This document shows positions 46,198 through 54,311 of a stretch of DNA of 64,000 nt, in pieces. The notes under the pieces were generated by a model. That model had not been told where the DNA came from. It was given only the letters and a program-made list of their open reading frames with translations, and did not search any database. Every line of letters starts with the position of its first letter. Position 1 is the stretch's first letter. The stretch covers positions 1 through 64,000 of the IMG/VR virus record IMGVR_UViG_3300037075_000004; one strand, 5' to 3'. Both the position numbers and the translations under genes were made by a program. The stretch is from a virus. Taxonomy: Duplodnaviria > Caudoviricetes.

Positions 46198-46970
46198 GGC
46201 ACTATGTCTTTTGCTCTATTATTATCATCTCCAAACCATCTCTCGGGTGCAATCGTCCTTTTATCGACGTTCTGTCCGATCCAGGCCGCCCACCATGAGA
46301 ATGAACTATTTGCAATTATATGATGAGTACACCTCGACTGTAAGAAAAGGCAAATATAATCAGTATCTTCGACAAATACAAACTTTTCCCCAATAAAATT
46401 TTCTCTGCACCAGGTCATGTCGTCACTTACCACGATATACCGTTCAATACCATAGGGTCGCAGGTACTCCATTGCCCGGTTATAGTAATCCATGTCACAT
46501 GGCGGGTGTATATGGGCCAGTTGGACATAATTGCCCCTGCGTACATGAATGGAACAGGTTGTACCCTTAAGTAAATCATCGTATTTTGAGAGTCTGGCGC
46601 TGATATCGTCCGATGGTTCCAACGATTTTAGTACAAAATCCCGGTAGTGTGCAAAATAACTCTCACTCTGGAAATATCCCACATATCTCGTATCGTCCTC
46701 GGCAATTATCCTCCTATATTCAAAAGGTACTCTTACTATTCTCTTTGGCGGGACTGCCCAATCCTGATTTTTTCTCAAGTCCAAATTCTTAAATATAGTG
46801 AGATATTCTCTTGCGTGCGTAGTCCATGCCGTCTGCCTACTCAACATCTCGATAAAATTATCAATGTCGGCATAATAAACATCCGTGCCTATTTCCTGCG
46901 CCATGACCTCTATGGTTGCAATCTGGAACATTTGATTCCCAATCCCGCCCATGAGTTCGATACTAAGCAT
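46176..46970 (-). CDS. GT11 alpha-1,2-fucosyltransferase-like protein
   Basis: GGIGNQMFQ, GYFQSESYF, SIHVRRGNY, SDDMTWC, HIIANSSFSWWAAW, P.RWF. Confidence 0.9.
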   Translation of the reverse strand: MLSIELMGGIGNQMFQIATIEVMAQEIGTDVYYADIDNFIEMLSRQTAWTTHAREYLTIFKNLDLRKNQDWAVPPKRIVRVPFEYRRIIAEDDTRYVGYFQSESYFAHYRDFVLKSLEPSDDISARLSKYDDLLKGTTCSIHVRRGNYVQLAHIHPPCDMDYYNRAMEYLRPYGIERYIVVSDDMTWCRENFIGEKFVFVEDTDYICLFLQSRCTHHIIANSSFSWWAAWIGQNVDKRTIAPERWFGDDNNRAKDIVPWHWIKV

Positions 46971-47838
46971 ACCTACTGATGAGTTGAAATTTATATTCTA
47001 TGACACTTGTCTTGCTCTCCACGGGAAGTGCCTCAAATTCTTTCGCTATCCTCACCATATCTAGGAGATGAGGATTGGTGTTAACCGTTGACGGGTGACA
47101 TAGATGAAATACTTCAACAACAGGATCGTCACACATCCCCACTTTCGTATACAACGATATTTTGTGCCAGAAGAACCTATCCTCTGGCGAGTATCCGACA
47201 AATAACTCCGGGTCATATCCCCCCACCGCAAAGAACAGTCGTCTTGATAATGTGATCGACCCTCCGGGGGCTTCGCCCTTAACGGTATATATTCCCTTGC
47301 TGTTTATATTTAGGTTATCGACATCCACCTTGCCCGATATTAAGTCCGGTGTGAGGCGGTGATCGCAATACAGCACCCGCCTTGCATTGAACGACTGTAC
47401 TGCCGATGTCTCTTTTTTTTCTATATTATCTAATACTCCGTGGTAGAAATTCTTTTGAACAAGGCAATCGAGGTCATGGCATATTATCCACTTGCTCTTG
47501 GGAGTTACAAAAACCCCGATATTGAACGCCAGACACTTGTTGAAAGCCCCCTCATCCTGTATCCACACATAGTTAATCCCGTGCATGAGGCAGGTATTAT
47601 AATGCCTCGCAACATTATCGTGCTCTACAACAGTCAGTTGGATGAGTAAACCCTTATCATCTGCACTCTTTAGTGAACAAAGTAGTGGTGAGAGAAAGTC
47701 CATCCTACCCCGTACCGGTACCACCACATTAATGTCGTAATACAGATCATCGTTGTATAAGATATGAATGCTGGCATTCTTTAGCACACTATCGTAGTCT
47801 ACTGCGTTATCCTTGATCTTTTGGAGTAGTTTATTCAT
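46963..47838 (-). CDS. GT2/GT7-like glycosyltransferase
   Basis: VVVPVRGR, FNKCLAFNIG, HDLD, GGYDPELFVGYSPED, HLCH. Confidence 0.85.
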   Translation of the reverse strand: MNKLLQKIKDNAVDYDSVLKNASIHILYNDDLYYDINVVVPVRGRMDFLSPLLCSLKSADDKGLLIQLTVVEHDNVARHYNTCLMHGINYVWIQDEGAFNKCLAFNIGVFVTPKSKWIICHDLDCLVQKNFYHGVLDNIEKKETSAVQSFNARRVLYCDHRLTPDLISGKVDVDNLNINSKGIYTVKGEAPGGSITLSRRLFFAVGGYDPELFVGYSPEDRFFWHKISLYTKVGMCDDPVVEVFHLCHPSTVNTNPHLLDMVRIAKEFEALPVESKTSVIEYKFQLISRYA

Positions 47839-48356
47839 TTCTTCAGTTCTTTAACTACATAATGGAGTATCATGGAATGAATGCTCTCCACGGTTTCCAT
47901 ATCGTCAAGCGGAACATGGACATTAATATCGCATAGGTTCTTCAGTGTTCCCCCGTCAAAACCCGTAAGAGCCACAACCCTCAGTCCAAACTTTCTACAT
48001 TTACTTGCCAGACTAAGAACATTGGCACTCTTGCCTGATCCGCTGAGAACCACCGCCAATGTCTTTTCCGTCACCCCCATCCTATCCGCTATATTTGTCA
48101 GTGCGCTACCGTAACTATCATCATTGGAATATGCAGTCAGTAGTCCCGTGTTATCAGTAAGACATATAGCTTTTATATGGCATCCTTTCATAAGGTCTTG
48201 TGCAAAATGAGATGCCGTAGCTGATGACCCTCCATTCCCCGCAACAATTACATGGTCACTATCCCTTATTGCCTTGATAAACCCGTAAACCGATTCTGCA
48301 TCTATTTGTTTTAACACAGCACCAAAATATCCGCTATAGTCCTGAAAATTCATCAT
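47835..48356 (-). CDS. gmhA: Sedoheptulose-7-phosphate isomerase (SIS fold)
   Basis: AGNGGSSATASHFAQD, LTAYSND, LSGSGKSANV, ALTGFDGG.L, VESIH...H. Start is probably ATG 48356 or 48353. Confidence 0.9.
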   Translation of the reverse strand: MMNFQDYSGYFGAVLKQIDAESVYGFIKAIRDSDHVIVAGNGGSSATASHFAQDLMKGCHIKAICLTDNTGLLTAYSNDDSYGSALTNIADRMGVTEKTLAVVLSGSGKSANVLSLASKCRKFGLRVVALTGFDGGTLKNLCDINVHVPLDDMETVESIHSMILHYVVKELKK

Positions 48357-49014
48357 TTGCAAGTTTTAAGTCTTCTAATGTCCCAATGTCTCTTAGATAA
48401 TCACTTATGAGATATACTCCCATATTGCCTATGTACATGGGTAATAGGTCATATGCTATATCTTTGCCGGGGATGCTGTCAAGCACACCCCGCTCCATGA
48501 CATACACTCCCGCATTGACATAATCAGACCTGGGTTCCTTGGGTTTCTCCTGAAAATCCACCACGGTTATCCCGTTATGTACGACAATACCCCTACCCAT
48601 CACATCATCCATCTGTTTTGCCGACATTGTTATTGGGTAGGTATGTCCTCTGTGCCACCATAAAAGATCGGTCAGATCAAGGTTGGTTAATACATCCGCA
48701 TAGGCTACAAAAAAATCCTCCCCGTTTTTAATAAACGACCTATTCTCCCGTAGTGTTCCTGCCGAACCAAGCAGAGATTCCTCATACACGATCTTGAACT
48801 GACATTTTCTCCAATGGGTAGCGAGATATCTTTCTACCTGGTCGGCATGATGATGGACATTCACGAGGACTTCCGTTACGCCATGTTTTTCAAATAGTTT
48901 ACCCCACCAATAGAGAAGGGGTCTGCCTTGCACCGTGGCAAGACATTTGGGTATTGTATCAGTCAGGGGTGCCAATCTCGTCCCGAGACCTGCCGCCAAG
49001 AGAAATGCTTTCAT
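48334..49014 (-). CDS. hddC: Sugar-1-phosphate nucleotidyltransferase (HddC / mannose-1-P guanylyltransferase family)
   Basis: AFLLAAGLGTRLAPLTDTIPKCL, LGSAG, YAD, F.EKP, VNAGVY, DIGT; next to gmhA and the GHMP kinase. Confidence 0.75.
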   Translation of the reverse strand: MKAFLLAAGLGTRLAPLTDTIPKCLATVQGRPLLYWWGKLFEKHGVTEVLVNVHHHADQVERYLATHWRKCQFKIVYEESLLGSAGTLRENRSFIKNGEDFFVAYADVLTNLDLTDLLWWHRGHTYPITMSAKQMDDVMGRGIVVHNGITVVDFQEKPKEPRSDYVNAGVYVMERGVLDSIPGKDIAYDLLPMYIGNMGVYLISDYLRDIGTLEDLKLANDEFSGL

Positions 49015-49973
49015 TGGATATTAAATATTATTCTTGCTCCAAATGGATCAATAGAGAATGGTAGTTCTCGGTAATTTTTCATTGCCTCCTTAAATCGGTA
49101 TTGCTCTTGTGGGGGCACATATGACAATAGGAATCCACCACCACCAGCACCACATATCTTACATCCCGTAGCACCGCCCGTGTATGCAATATCAATTATC
49201 CGATCTATCTCACCATTACTTATTCCCGTTGCGAGGGTTTGTTTAAGCACCCAACTCGAATGAATAATTTCACCAACCTTATCATAATCCATGGCGAGTA
49301 TCGCATCATGGGCGTCTCGGGCATAGTCGGCCAATTTCCCAAGAATACTTATATTTTTGTTTGTATCCCTATCTTGCTCCTCTAATATTTTGTTCCCGTC
49401 CCTCGTGATACCAGTAAAGTGCAAAAACAAATTATCCGCTATATCATAGTGTTTAGCGGGAATAGGCAACGACAACACGCCAGAACTATTAAAATAAATA
49501 TTCATAAAGCCGCCTATCGCACAAGTATATTGATCCTGCCTTCCTATTGGTTTATCCAAGGTATCTATCTCTATCATACAGGCATCTTCGGCAAGTTCCT
49601 TTGGTGTCACATAAATCCCTTGATAGGCGAACATGGCCTGCAAGAGACCTATCGTGATGGCTGATGACGAACCGAGTCCGGTGCCCGCGGATGGGATATC
49701 AGCAAGTGTCGAAATCTCGACTCCCTTTTTTATCTCGGCATACTCCATACACGCCCTGATAATCTCATGCTTTATTTCGCTAACATCACTAACAATCTCG
49801 TGTTGGGTATAGTTAAGAACAACCAGATCATCGTATCGTTCCCTGATGATGACATAGACATATTTGTTGATGGCGAAGGATACCACATATCCGTCATACT
49901 CTCGTGAATAGGCATCAAAGTCCGAGCCTCCTCCGGCCAGACTTATTCTTAAAGGAACTTTTATTACTATCAA
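49011..49973 (-). CDS. hddA: D-glycero-D-manno-heptose-7-phosphate kinase (GHMP family)
   Basis: PLRISLAGGGSD, IPSAGTGLGSSSA, PIGRQDQY..A.GG, KICGAGGGGF. Confidence 0.9.
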   Translation of the reverse strand: MIVIKVPLRISLAGGGSDFDAYSREYDGYVVSFAINKYVYVIIRERYDDLVVLNYTQHEIVSDVSEIKHEIIRACMEYAEIKKGVEISTLADIPSAGTGLGSSSAITIGLLQAMFAYQGIYVTPKELAEDACMIEIDTLDKPIGRQDQYTCAIGGFMNIYFNSSGVLSLPIPAKHYDIADNLFLHFTGITRDGNKILEEQDRDTNKNISILGKLADYARDAHDAILAMDYDKVGEIIHSSWVLKQTLATGISNGEIDRIIDIAYTGGATGCKICGAGGGGFLLSYVPPQEQYRFKEAMKNYRELPFSIDPFGARIIFNIQ

Positions 49974-50881
49974 TATCTTGGATTTTTACGCCATTTATAG
50001 GCAGATGAAATAATGTCTGATAGGCTTTTGCGGGGTTGCCACCCAATAAGTTGTCTGGCATAATATGCGTTAGACACAAGCCATTCCATATCTCCATCCC
50101 TCCGCGGTTCGTGTGTCCTCGGTACTGCCAACCCCGTCTGATGCTCCACCTCCCTTATAATATCTAATACCGAATAACCACGCCCCATGCCAAGTTCTAT
50201 GGTATCATTACTTTTTTTATCAAATGGCAATACCGATATAATGGCATCGGTTATATCTTCCACATGAATATAATCTCTTATTGCTGTACCGTCCCCGGTG
50301 TCATAATCCATCCCGTAGATAATTAATTTATCTTTCTTCCCCATCGCCACGTCCAATACGGTCGGGATGAGGTGTGTCTCGTGCTCCCGAGATTCGCCAT
50401 GCTTCTCCGTGGCACCCGCAACGCAGTAGAATCGGAAGATATAGTATTGGATGCCGTATGCCCGGGCAAAGTCCCTAATCATATCTTCACATGCTCTTTT
50501 TGAGTTACCGTAGGGCGTATTGCTATCTATTGCCGCTGTTGATGCGAAAATGATTTTTTTAACCCCGCCATCTACCATCGCAGTCAAGAGGTGAAATGTA
50601 CTTACAACATTATTATCATAATACTCTTGCGGGTCTTTAATAGACTCCGGCACATTGGCTGAGGCCGCAAGATGAATCACGGTGTCTATGTCATAAGATT
50701 CAAAGAGGAACCGTGCGTCATCAACAACACACTCCTCGAATATTGCCCGCTCGTCTACCGCTTCCGCATGGCCGTCTCTCAAATCATCTATTACAACAAC
50801 TTGATGTCCGGCATCGCAGAGTTTTTCAACTGCCACGCTGCCTATATATCCCGCTCCTCCAGTAACCGCTATCATACGCAA
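49970..50881 (-). CDS. galE: UDP-glucose 4-epimerase-like extended SDR
   Basis: VTGGAGYIGS, HLAA...V.ES...P..YY.NN, YGNSK, HLIP, DGTAIRDYIHVED, RRDGD. Confidence 0.85.
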   Translation of the reverse strand: MRMIAVTGGAGYIGSVAVEKLCDAGHQVVVIDDLRDGHAEAVDERAIFEECVVDDARFLFESYDIDTVIHLAASANVPESIKDPQEYYDNNVVSTFHLLTAMVDGGVKKIIFASTAAIDSNTPYGNSKRACEDMIRDFARAYGIQYYIFRFYCVAGATEKHGESREHETHLIPTVLDVAMGKKDKLIIYGMDYDTGDGTAIRDYIHVEDITDAIISVLPFDKKSNDTIELGMGRGYSVLDIIREVEHQTGLAVPRTHEPRRDGDMEWLVSNAYYARQLIGWQPRKSLSDIISSAYKWRKNPRY

Positions 50882-51459
50882 AATCTATTATAATTTGTTA
50901 CTATTGTTGAAACATCCGATCTTCTACAGGTATCACTCTGAAAATCTGCTTGCGTACACACCATCGGATAAGTGCAGAAACAATTAAATTTAGGTTGTAC
51001 CTCGTTCATCAGGAAAACGTCCCATTTCCCAATCCGGTATTCATCATCGGCAGTAAGACAATATTCTAATGCACCGTTTTCTCTGACATTCCAGATCATT
51101 GCGTGAGTTGTTAGTGCTTTAGTAATCTTAAATAGATGAGGGGAATACTGCTCTTGCGGGGCTTGGGGACTGCACCCGAGATACAGGATATCCCAATCCG
51201 AGGGTAGTTCGGTCATCGCCTCCGTTGCCACCGAAATATCCGTAAGAAACTTTATATCATCTTCGAAGATAGCTGATACCTCTTGGTTGGCAAATATTTT
51301 TACGAGACAACTCAGATGTGAATCTCGGCATCCCATCCAACCGATTTTATTGATCTTGGCGGGATAGAGATATGCGTTGAGGTTTTGATTTTCTAATTCC
51401 GTCATCGCATGTTTCCGCCTTTCGGGTCTGTCGGTTCTGTTAATGAGATAAATCTGCAT
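50872..51459 (-). CDS. GT25-family glycosyltransferase, first gene of the operon
   Basis: YLINRTDRPERR, GC..SH, IFEDDI, LP.DWDILYLG, THA. Confidence 0.85.
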   Translation of the reverse strand: MQIYLINRTDRPERRKHAMTELENQNLNAYLYPAKINKIGWMGCRDSHLSCLVKIFANQEVSAIFEDDIKFLTDISVATEAMTELPSDWDILYLGCSPQAPQEQYSPHLFKITKALTTHAMIWNVRENGALEYCLTADDEYRIGKWDVFLMNEVQPKFNCFCTYPMVCTQADFQSDTCRRSDVSTIVTNYNRFCV

Positions 51460-51476
51460 TCTTGTTTTCTATTCAG

Positions 51477-51524
51477 CAAATGTAAGAAGTCTTTTTGACT
51501 TTTCCAAATAATTTTGTACTTTTG
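51477..51524. promoter_or_regulatory. Overlapping divergent Bacteroidota-type promoters (glycan operon and groES)
   Basis: Minus: TTTG (51505-51508), 20 nt, TACATTTG (51477-51484). Plus: TTTG (51494-51497), 19 nt, TACTTTTG (51517-51524). Confidence 0.75.
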
Positions 51525-51547
51525 TTTCAAATAAAAACAAGAAACAG

Positions 51548-51835
51548 ATGATAGAAGAAGGATTTATCTTAGCCACAAAAGTTTTAGTCAAGCCCGAGGA
51601 AATTAAGGAGTCTAAAAGCTCTGGGGGGATTTTATTGCCCGGGAACCGTAAGGCATCCCACATCTCAGGAACCGTCATCAAGACAGGCACGGGGACTGAT
51701 GCAGTAAAAATGGAGGCATCCGTGGGGGATCAGATATTTTTCTATGAACGGTCAGCCCAACCTCTTATACTGGATGGGGAAGACTATCTGTTACTCGATT
51801 GCCGAGAGATTCTTTTCCGGCTCCCCGCTGGTTAG
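51548..51835 (+). CDS. groES: Co-chaperonin GroES
   Basis: KVLVKP...KSSGGILLP...GTVIKTG.G...VGDQIF...LDGEDYLLL...EIL. Confidence 0.9.
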   Translation: MIEEGFILATKVLVKPEEIKESKSSGGILLPGNRKASHISGTVIKTGTGTDAVKMEASVGDQIFFYERSAQPLILDGEDYLLLDCREILFRLPAG

Positions 51836-52072
51836 TTGTATTATCTCAGATTCTCTTTTAAGAACTTCTTTAAGAAGAGACATAGCTAATTTGAATCTCT
51901 CTTGCAGGGCTTGGTTGGGGTGCGTCCCCGCCTTAAGCAGTTCTGAGTCTTCGTGACTGATGCCCGCCAAGTCACTATCCTGCATGATCTTATTAAACTC
52001 AGTATGCTTTTTTATCCATTCAAGCTCTTTGCGGAGTTCCCGTACCTTCTTTCTTCTCTGCTGTCTGTTCAT
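51791..52072 (-). CDS. Hypothetical protein
   Basis: 93 aa; NRQQRR start typical of phage small proteins. Confidence 0.5.
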   Translation of the reverse strand: MNRQQRRKKVRELRKELEWIKKHTEFNKIMQDSDLAGISHEDSELLKAGTHPNQALQERFKLAMSLLKEVLKRESEIIQLTSGEPEKNLSAIE

Positions 52073-52082
52073 AGATGTCTAT

Positions 52083-52865
52083 TCATAACCCACACAATCC
52101 ATCACATTCCTCTATCATTTCGGGAAATAGACTCGGTGATTGTGAAAAATCAATATCTCTTAGGGGTTTTAGATGTTTAGATAGATACGCCCTCCGCCGC
52201 AATCCGGGATAATCACGGATGATATCATCAAATCCACATGCCTCTTCAAACTCATCGGGAAATTGTTTCTTGAATACCCTCCAATAGTTATCTGAGTGAA
52301 ATGGGCATATAAGACAGGCACTTTTACCGGGTTCCCTCATGCTGGTTGATTTAAACCAATGGACTATCTCATCAATAGTAATTTTATAATCAACAAGTGG
52401 ATAATAGTTATCAATATATTTAACATTGCTCTCCTTCATTCGCTCTCTCTCATCGAGAGATATGCCGATCCAAAGCCTAACCCTCTTTCCTCTTCTTAGT
52501 TCTTGTAATTTTCTACGCAGGGGTGCAATTTTATAGTCTCCTGTACATTGTCGTGGTGTAATACCCCCATCGCCTGCCAGCCGTAGCGGTAGCATTGCTA
52601 CTCTATCCCTTTTGCCATTTATTTTATCTGCCACGTCCTGCATTAAATTGCCGATAGACACAATCTCGATATAAAAATTATATTTATTCCATACATAAGG
52701 GCGCAACCACTCAAGATACTCATAAACATATTTTGGTTCGCATCCCGTATCTGAAAATATCGCAAAATCGGGTTTATATTCAAATTTCCCATCAAGCGCA
52801 TTTAGAAGCATAAAGCTACTTTGTTTCCCCGCACCGAGAGATATTACATTAAGTATGTCACTCAT
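52083..52865 (-). CDS. PAPS-reductase-like / adenine nucleotide alpha-hydrolase protein
   Basis: VISLGAGKQSS (PP-loop-like), IFSDTG.EP, CT..YKI.P, IGISLDE, YPL, KSAC..CPFH, terminal ECDGLCG. Confidence 0.8.
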   Translation of the reverse strand: MSDILNVISLGAGKQSSFMLLNALDGKFEYKPDFAIFSDTGCEPKYVYEYLEWLRPYVWNKYNFYIEIVSIGNLMQDVADKINGKRDRVAMLPLRLAGDGGITPRQCTGDYKIAPLRRKLQELRRGKRVRLWIGISLDERERMKESNVKYIDNYYPLVDYKITIDEIVHWFKSTSMREPGKSACLICPFHSDNYWRVFKKQFPDEFEEACGFDDIIRDYPGLRRRAYLSKHLKPLRDIDFSQSPSLFPEMIEECDGLCGL

Positions 52866-53196
52866 CTTCTAACATATATGTTTTTTTAGGAGTGGTAATA
52901 GATACCCTTGTTTGGCCCATAGCAAGACGCAATCTATCCGCTAATATAATAGCCCTTGCAATAATTACCATTTTTGTCCGTGGGAAACGTGGGTAATTAA
53001 TATAACCCACAATAACTCCCGGTTCGTTACCATCAACATAACAAAACTCGGTTGGTGTTATGGTAACGCAGTCTTTGATTTCGTTTACCCATTCATTGCA
53101 TACCTTACGAACATCGTCAATGGAATGAATTTGGTCGGTATAGCCGACCCGAAGCCCAACCCAAATCTGCACATTAAATGATTTTTCTGTTTTCAT
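52858..53196 (-). CDS. Conserved phage protein, possibly ferredoxin-like fold
   Basis: CVTITPTEFCYVDGNEPGVIVGYINYPRFP...LA..L....GQ.RVSI.TP; promoter box at 53201-53208. Confidence 0.6.
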   Translation of the reverse strand: MKTEKSFNVQIWVGLRVGYTDQIHSIDDVRKVCNEWVNEIKDCVTITPTEFCYVDGNEPGVIVGYINYPRFPRTKMVIIARAIILADRLRLAMGQTRVSITTPKKTYMLEDE

Positions 53197-53229
53197 ACCT
53201 CAAAGATAAAACTTAGTTCTGACATTTCC

Positions 53230-53262
53230 AAAGAAAAAGGAGACTTTTTTAGGGTCTCCTCC
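53230..53262 (-). terminator. Rho-independent terminator
   Basis: GGAGAC-CCTAAAAAA-GTCTCC-TTTTTCTTT on the minus strand. Confidence 0.65.
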
Positions 53263-53296
53263 TTTCTGCTTCTGTTCCTGTTTTTAAAACCGCTGT

Positions 53297-53557
53297 CTAG
53301 CCCGTCTTGTTTTTAGCGTTTATCTGTCGTTGACTTATCAAATCACTTTTCCGTTCTTCAATGCTTTTCTTTCTTTCTTAGTAGTAAGTTTTTAGCTCTT
53401 GCAGGCTCTCATCACACTTTTCTATTTCCTTATCTATGTATTCTTTCTTTGGGCGGAGTTCGTGGGTCTCGGGATTGTAAGTATTGACAGAATAACTCCC
53501 ATTTCTTAATGGCCATGTAAAACTGGCACCCAAATCTTCAAAAAATATTTCCCTCAT
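53297..53557 (-). pseudogene. Small coiled-coil gene with an apparent premature TAA
   Basis: ATG 53557 (ATGA overlap) reads 59 aa to TAA at 53378-53380; the frame continues ERKKSIEERKSDLISQRQINAKNKTG to TAG at 53297-53299, just before the terminator. Confidence 0.4.
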
Positions 53558-53889
53558 CGTCTTTTACGTTTTGGTTTGACAGTTTTAGGAGGAGCAATAG
53601 CCGTGCCGAGGTCATCATGTGCGTCAATCTGTCGTTTCTCTTGCCCGCTAGAGTCATTTTTGTCAGCAAAGAGTCCTATCTGTTCTGTCTTTTCGGCAGT
53701 CTTGTCAGTTACGGGCTTTGTCCACCCCAATCTCCCCTCAAACCATATCCTATGTACGGTCTCTATCACATCCCAATCACTTTCCTGTATCTCTGTCCTG
53801 TTTTTTATGCAGTCTAAGACTACCATACACCGCTCTGTGAACTTTGGCAGGAACTCATCCGAAAAATAAAGCTCTCTCTCTCCCGTCAT
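53554..53889 (-). CDS. Hypothetical protein
   Basis: Start moved to ATG 53889 because promoter box 53905-53912 overlaps the track start. Confidence 0.55.
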   Translation of the reverse strand: MTGERELYFSDEFLPKFTERCMVVLDCIKNRTEIQESDWDVIETVHRIWFEGRLGWTKPVTDKTAEKTEQIGLFADKNDSSGQEKRQIDAHDDLGTAIAPPKTVKPKRKRR

Positions 53890-54032
53890 CCAATCAATTT
53901 TCAGCAAAGATAATATGAGAAAACGAGAAATGCAAATTTTTTAGTGATTATTTTTACTCTAGGCGATTTTTTCTGAACTTTTGTTTGGAAATGTCGAATC
54001 TTTCCCTTACTTTTGCATTCAAATCAGAAAAT

Positions 54033-54311
54033 ATGAGTAAGAAAGAATCGCCCAAGGGCACAATCTTCCGGTACCGTTCATACCTGGAAGTACTAGCAGA
54101 TAGAATATTCGATACAAGACCAACAAGAAGAGAGATTTATAATACTCTCTTTGGCGTGTTTCAGAAGGGAGCCACCGAAGGATGGCAACTCCGCCTAGAG
54201 CAATCGGTAAAATTTAAGGCAAAACGGGAAGAACACCGGGTACGATCATTCAACATGGTTAAAGATCACATAGACAGTTTGATACATGAACCAATCCCAC
54301 CGCAGGCATGA
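54033..54311 (+). CDS. Hypothetical protein
   Basis: ATG 54033 follows TTTG...TACTTTTG (54008-54015); 4-nt overlap with the next gene. Confidence 0.6.
   Translation: MSKKESPKGTIFRYRSYLEVLADRIFDTRPTRREIYNTLFGVFQKGATEGWQLRLEQSVKFKAKREEHRVRSFNMVKDHIDSLIHEPIPPQA

Noticed and set aside
38793-51459. Bacterial O-antigen or capsule locus, or a prophage-host junction
   Set aside because: No flippase, polymerase, exporter or initiating transferase; the block is continuous with phage genes and shares their promoters and enriched motif; no integrase or att site seen.
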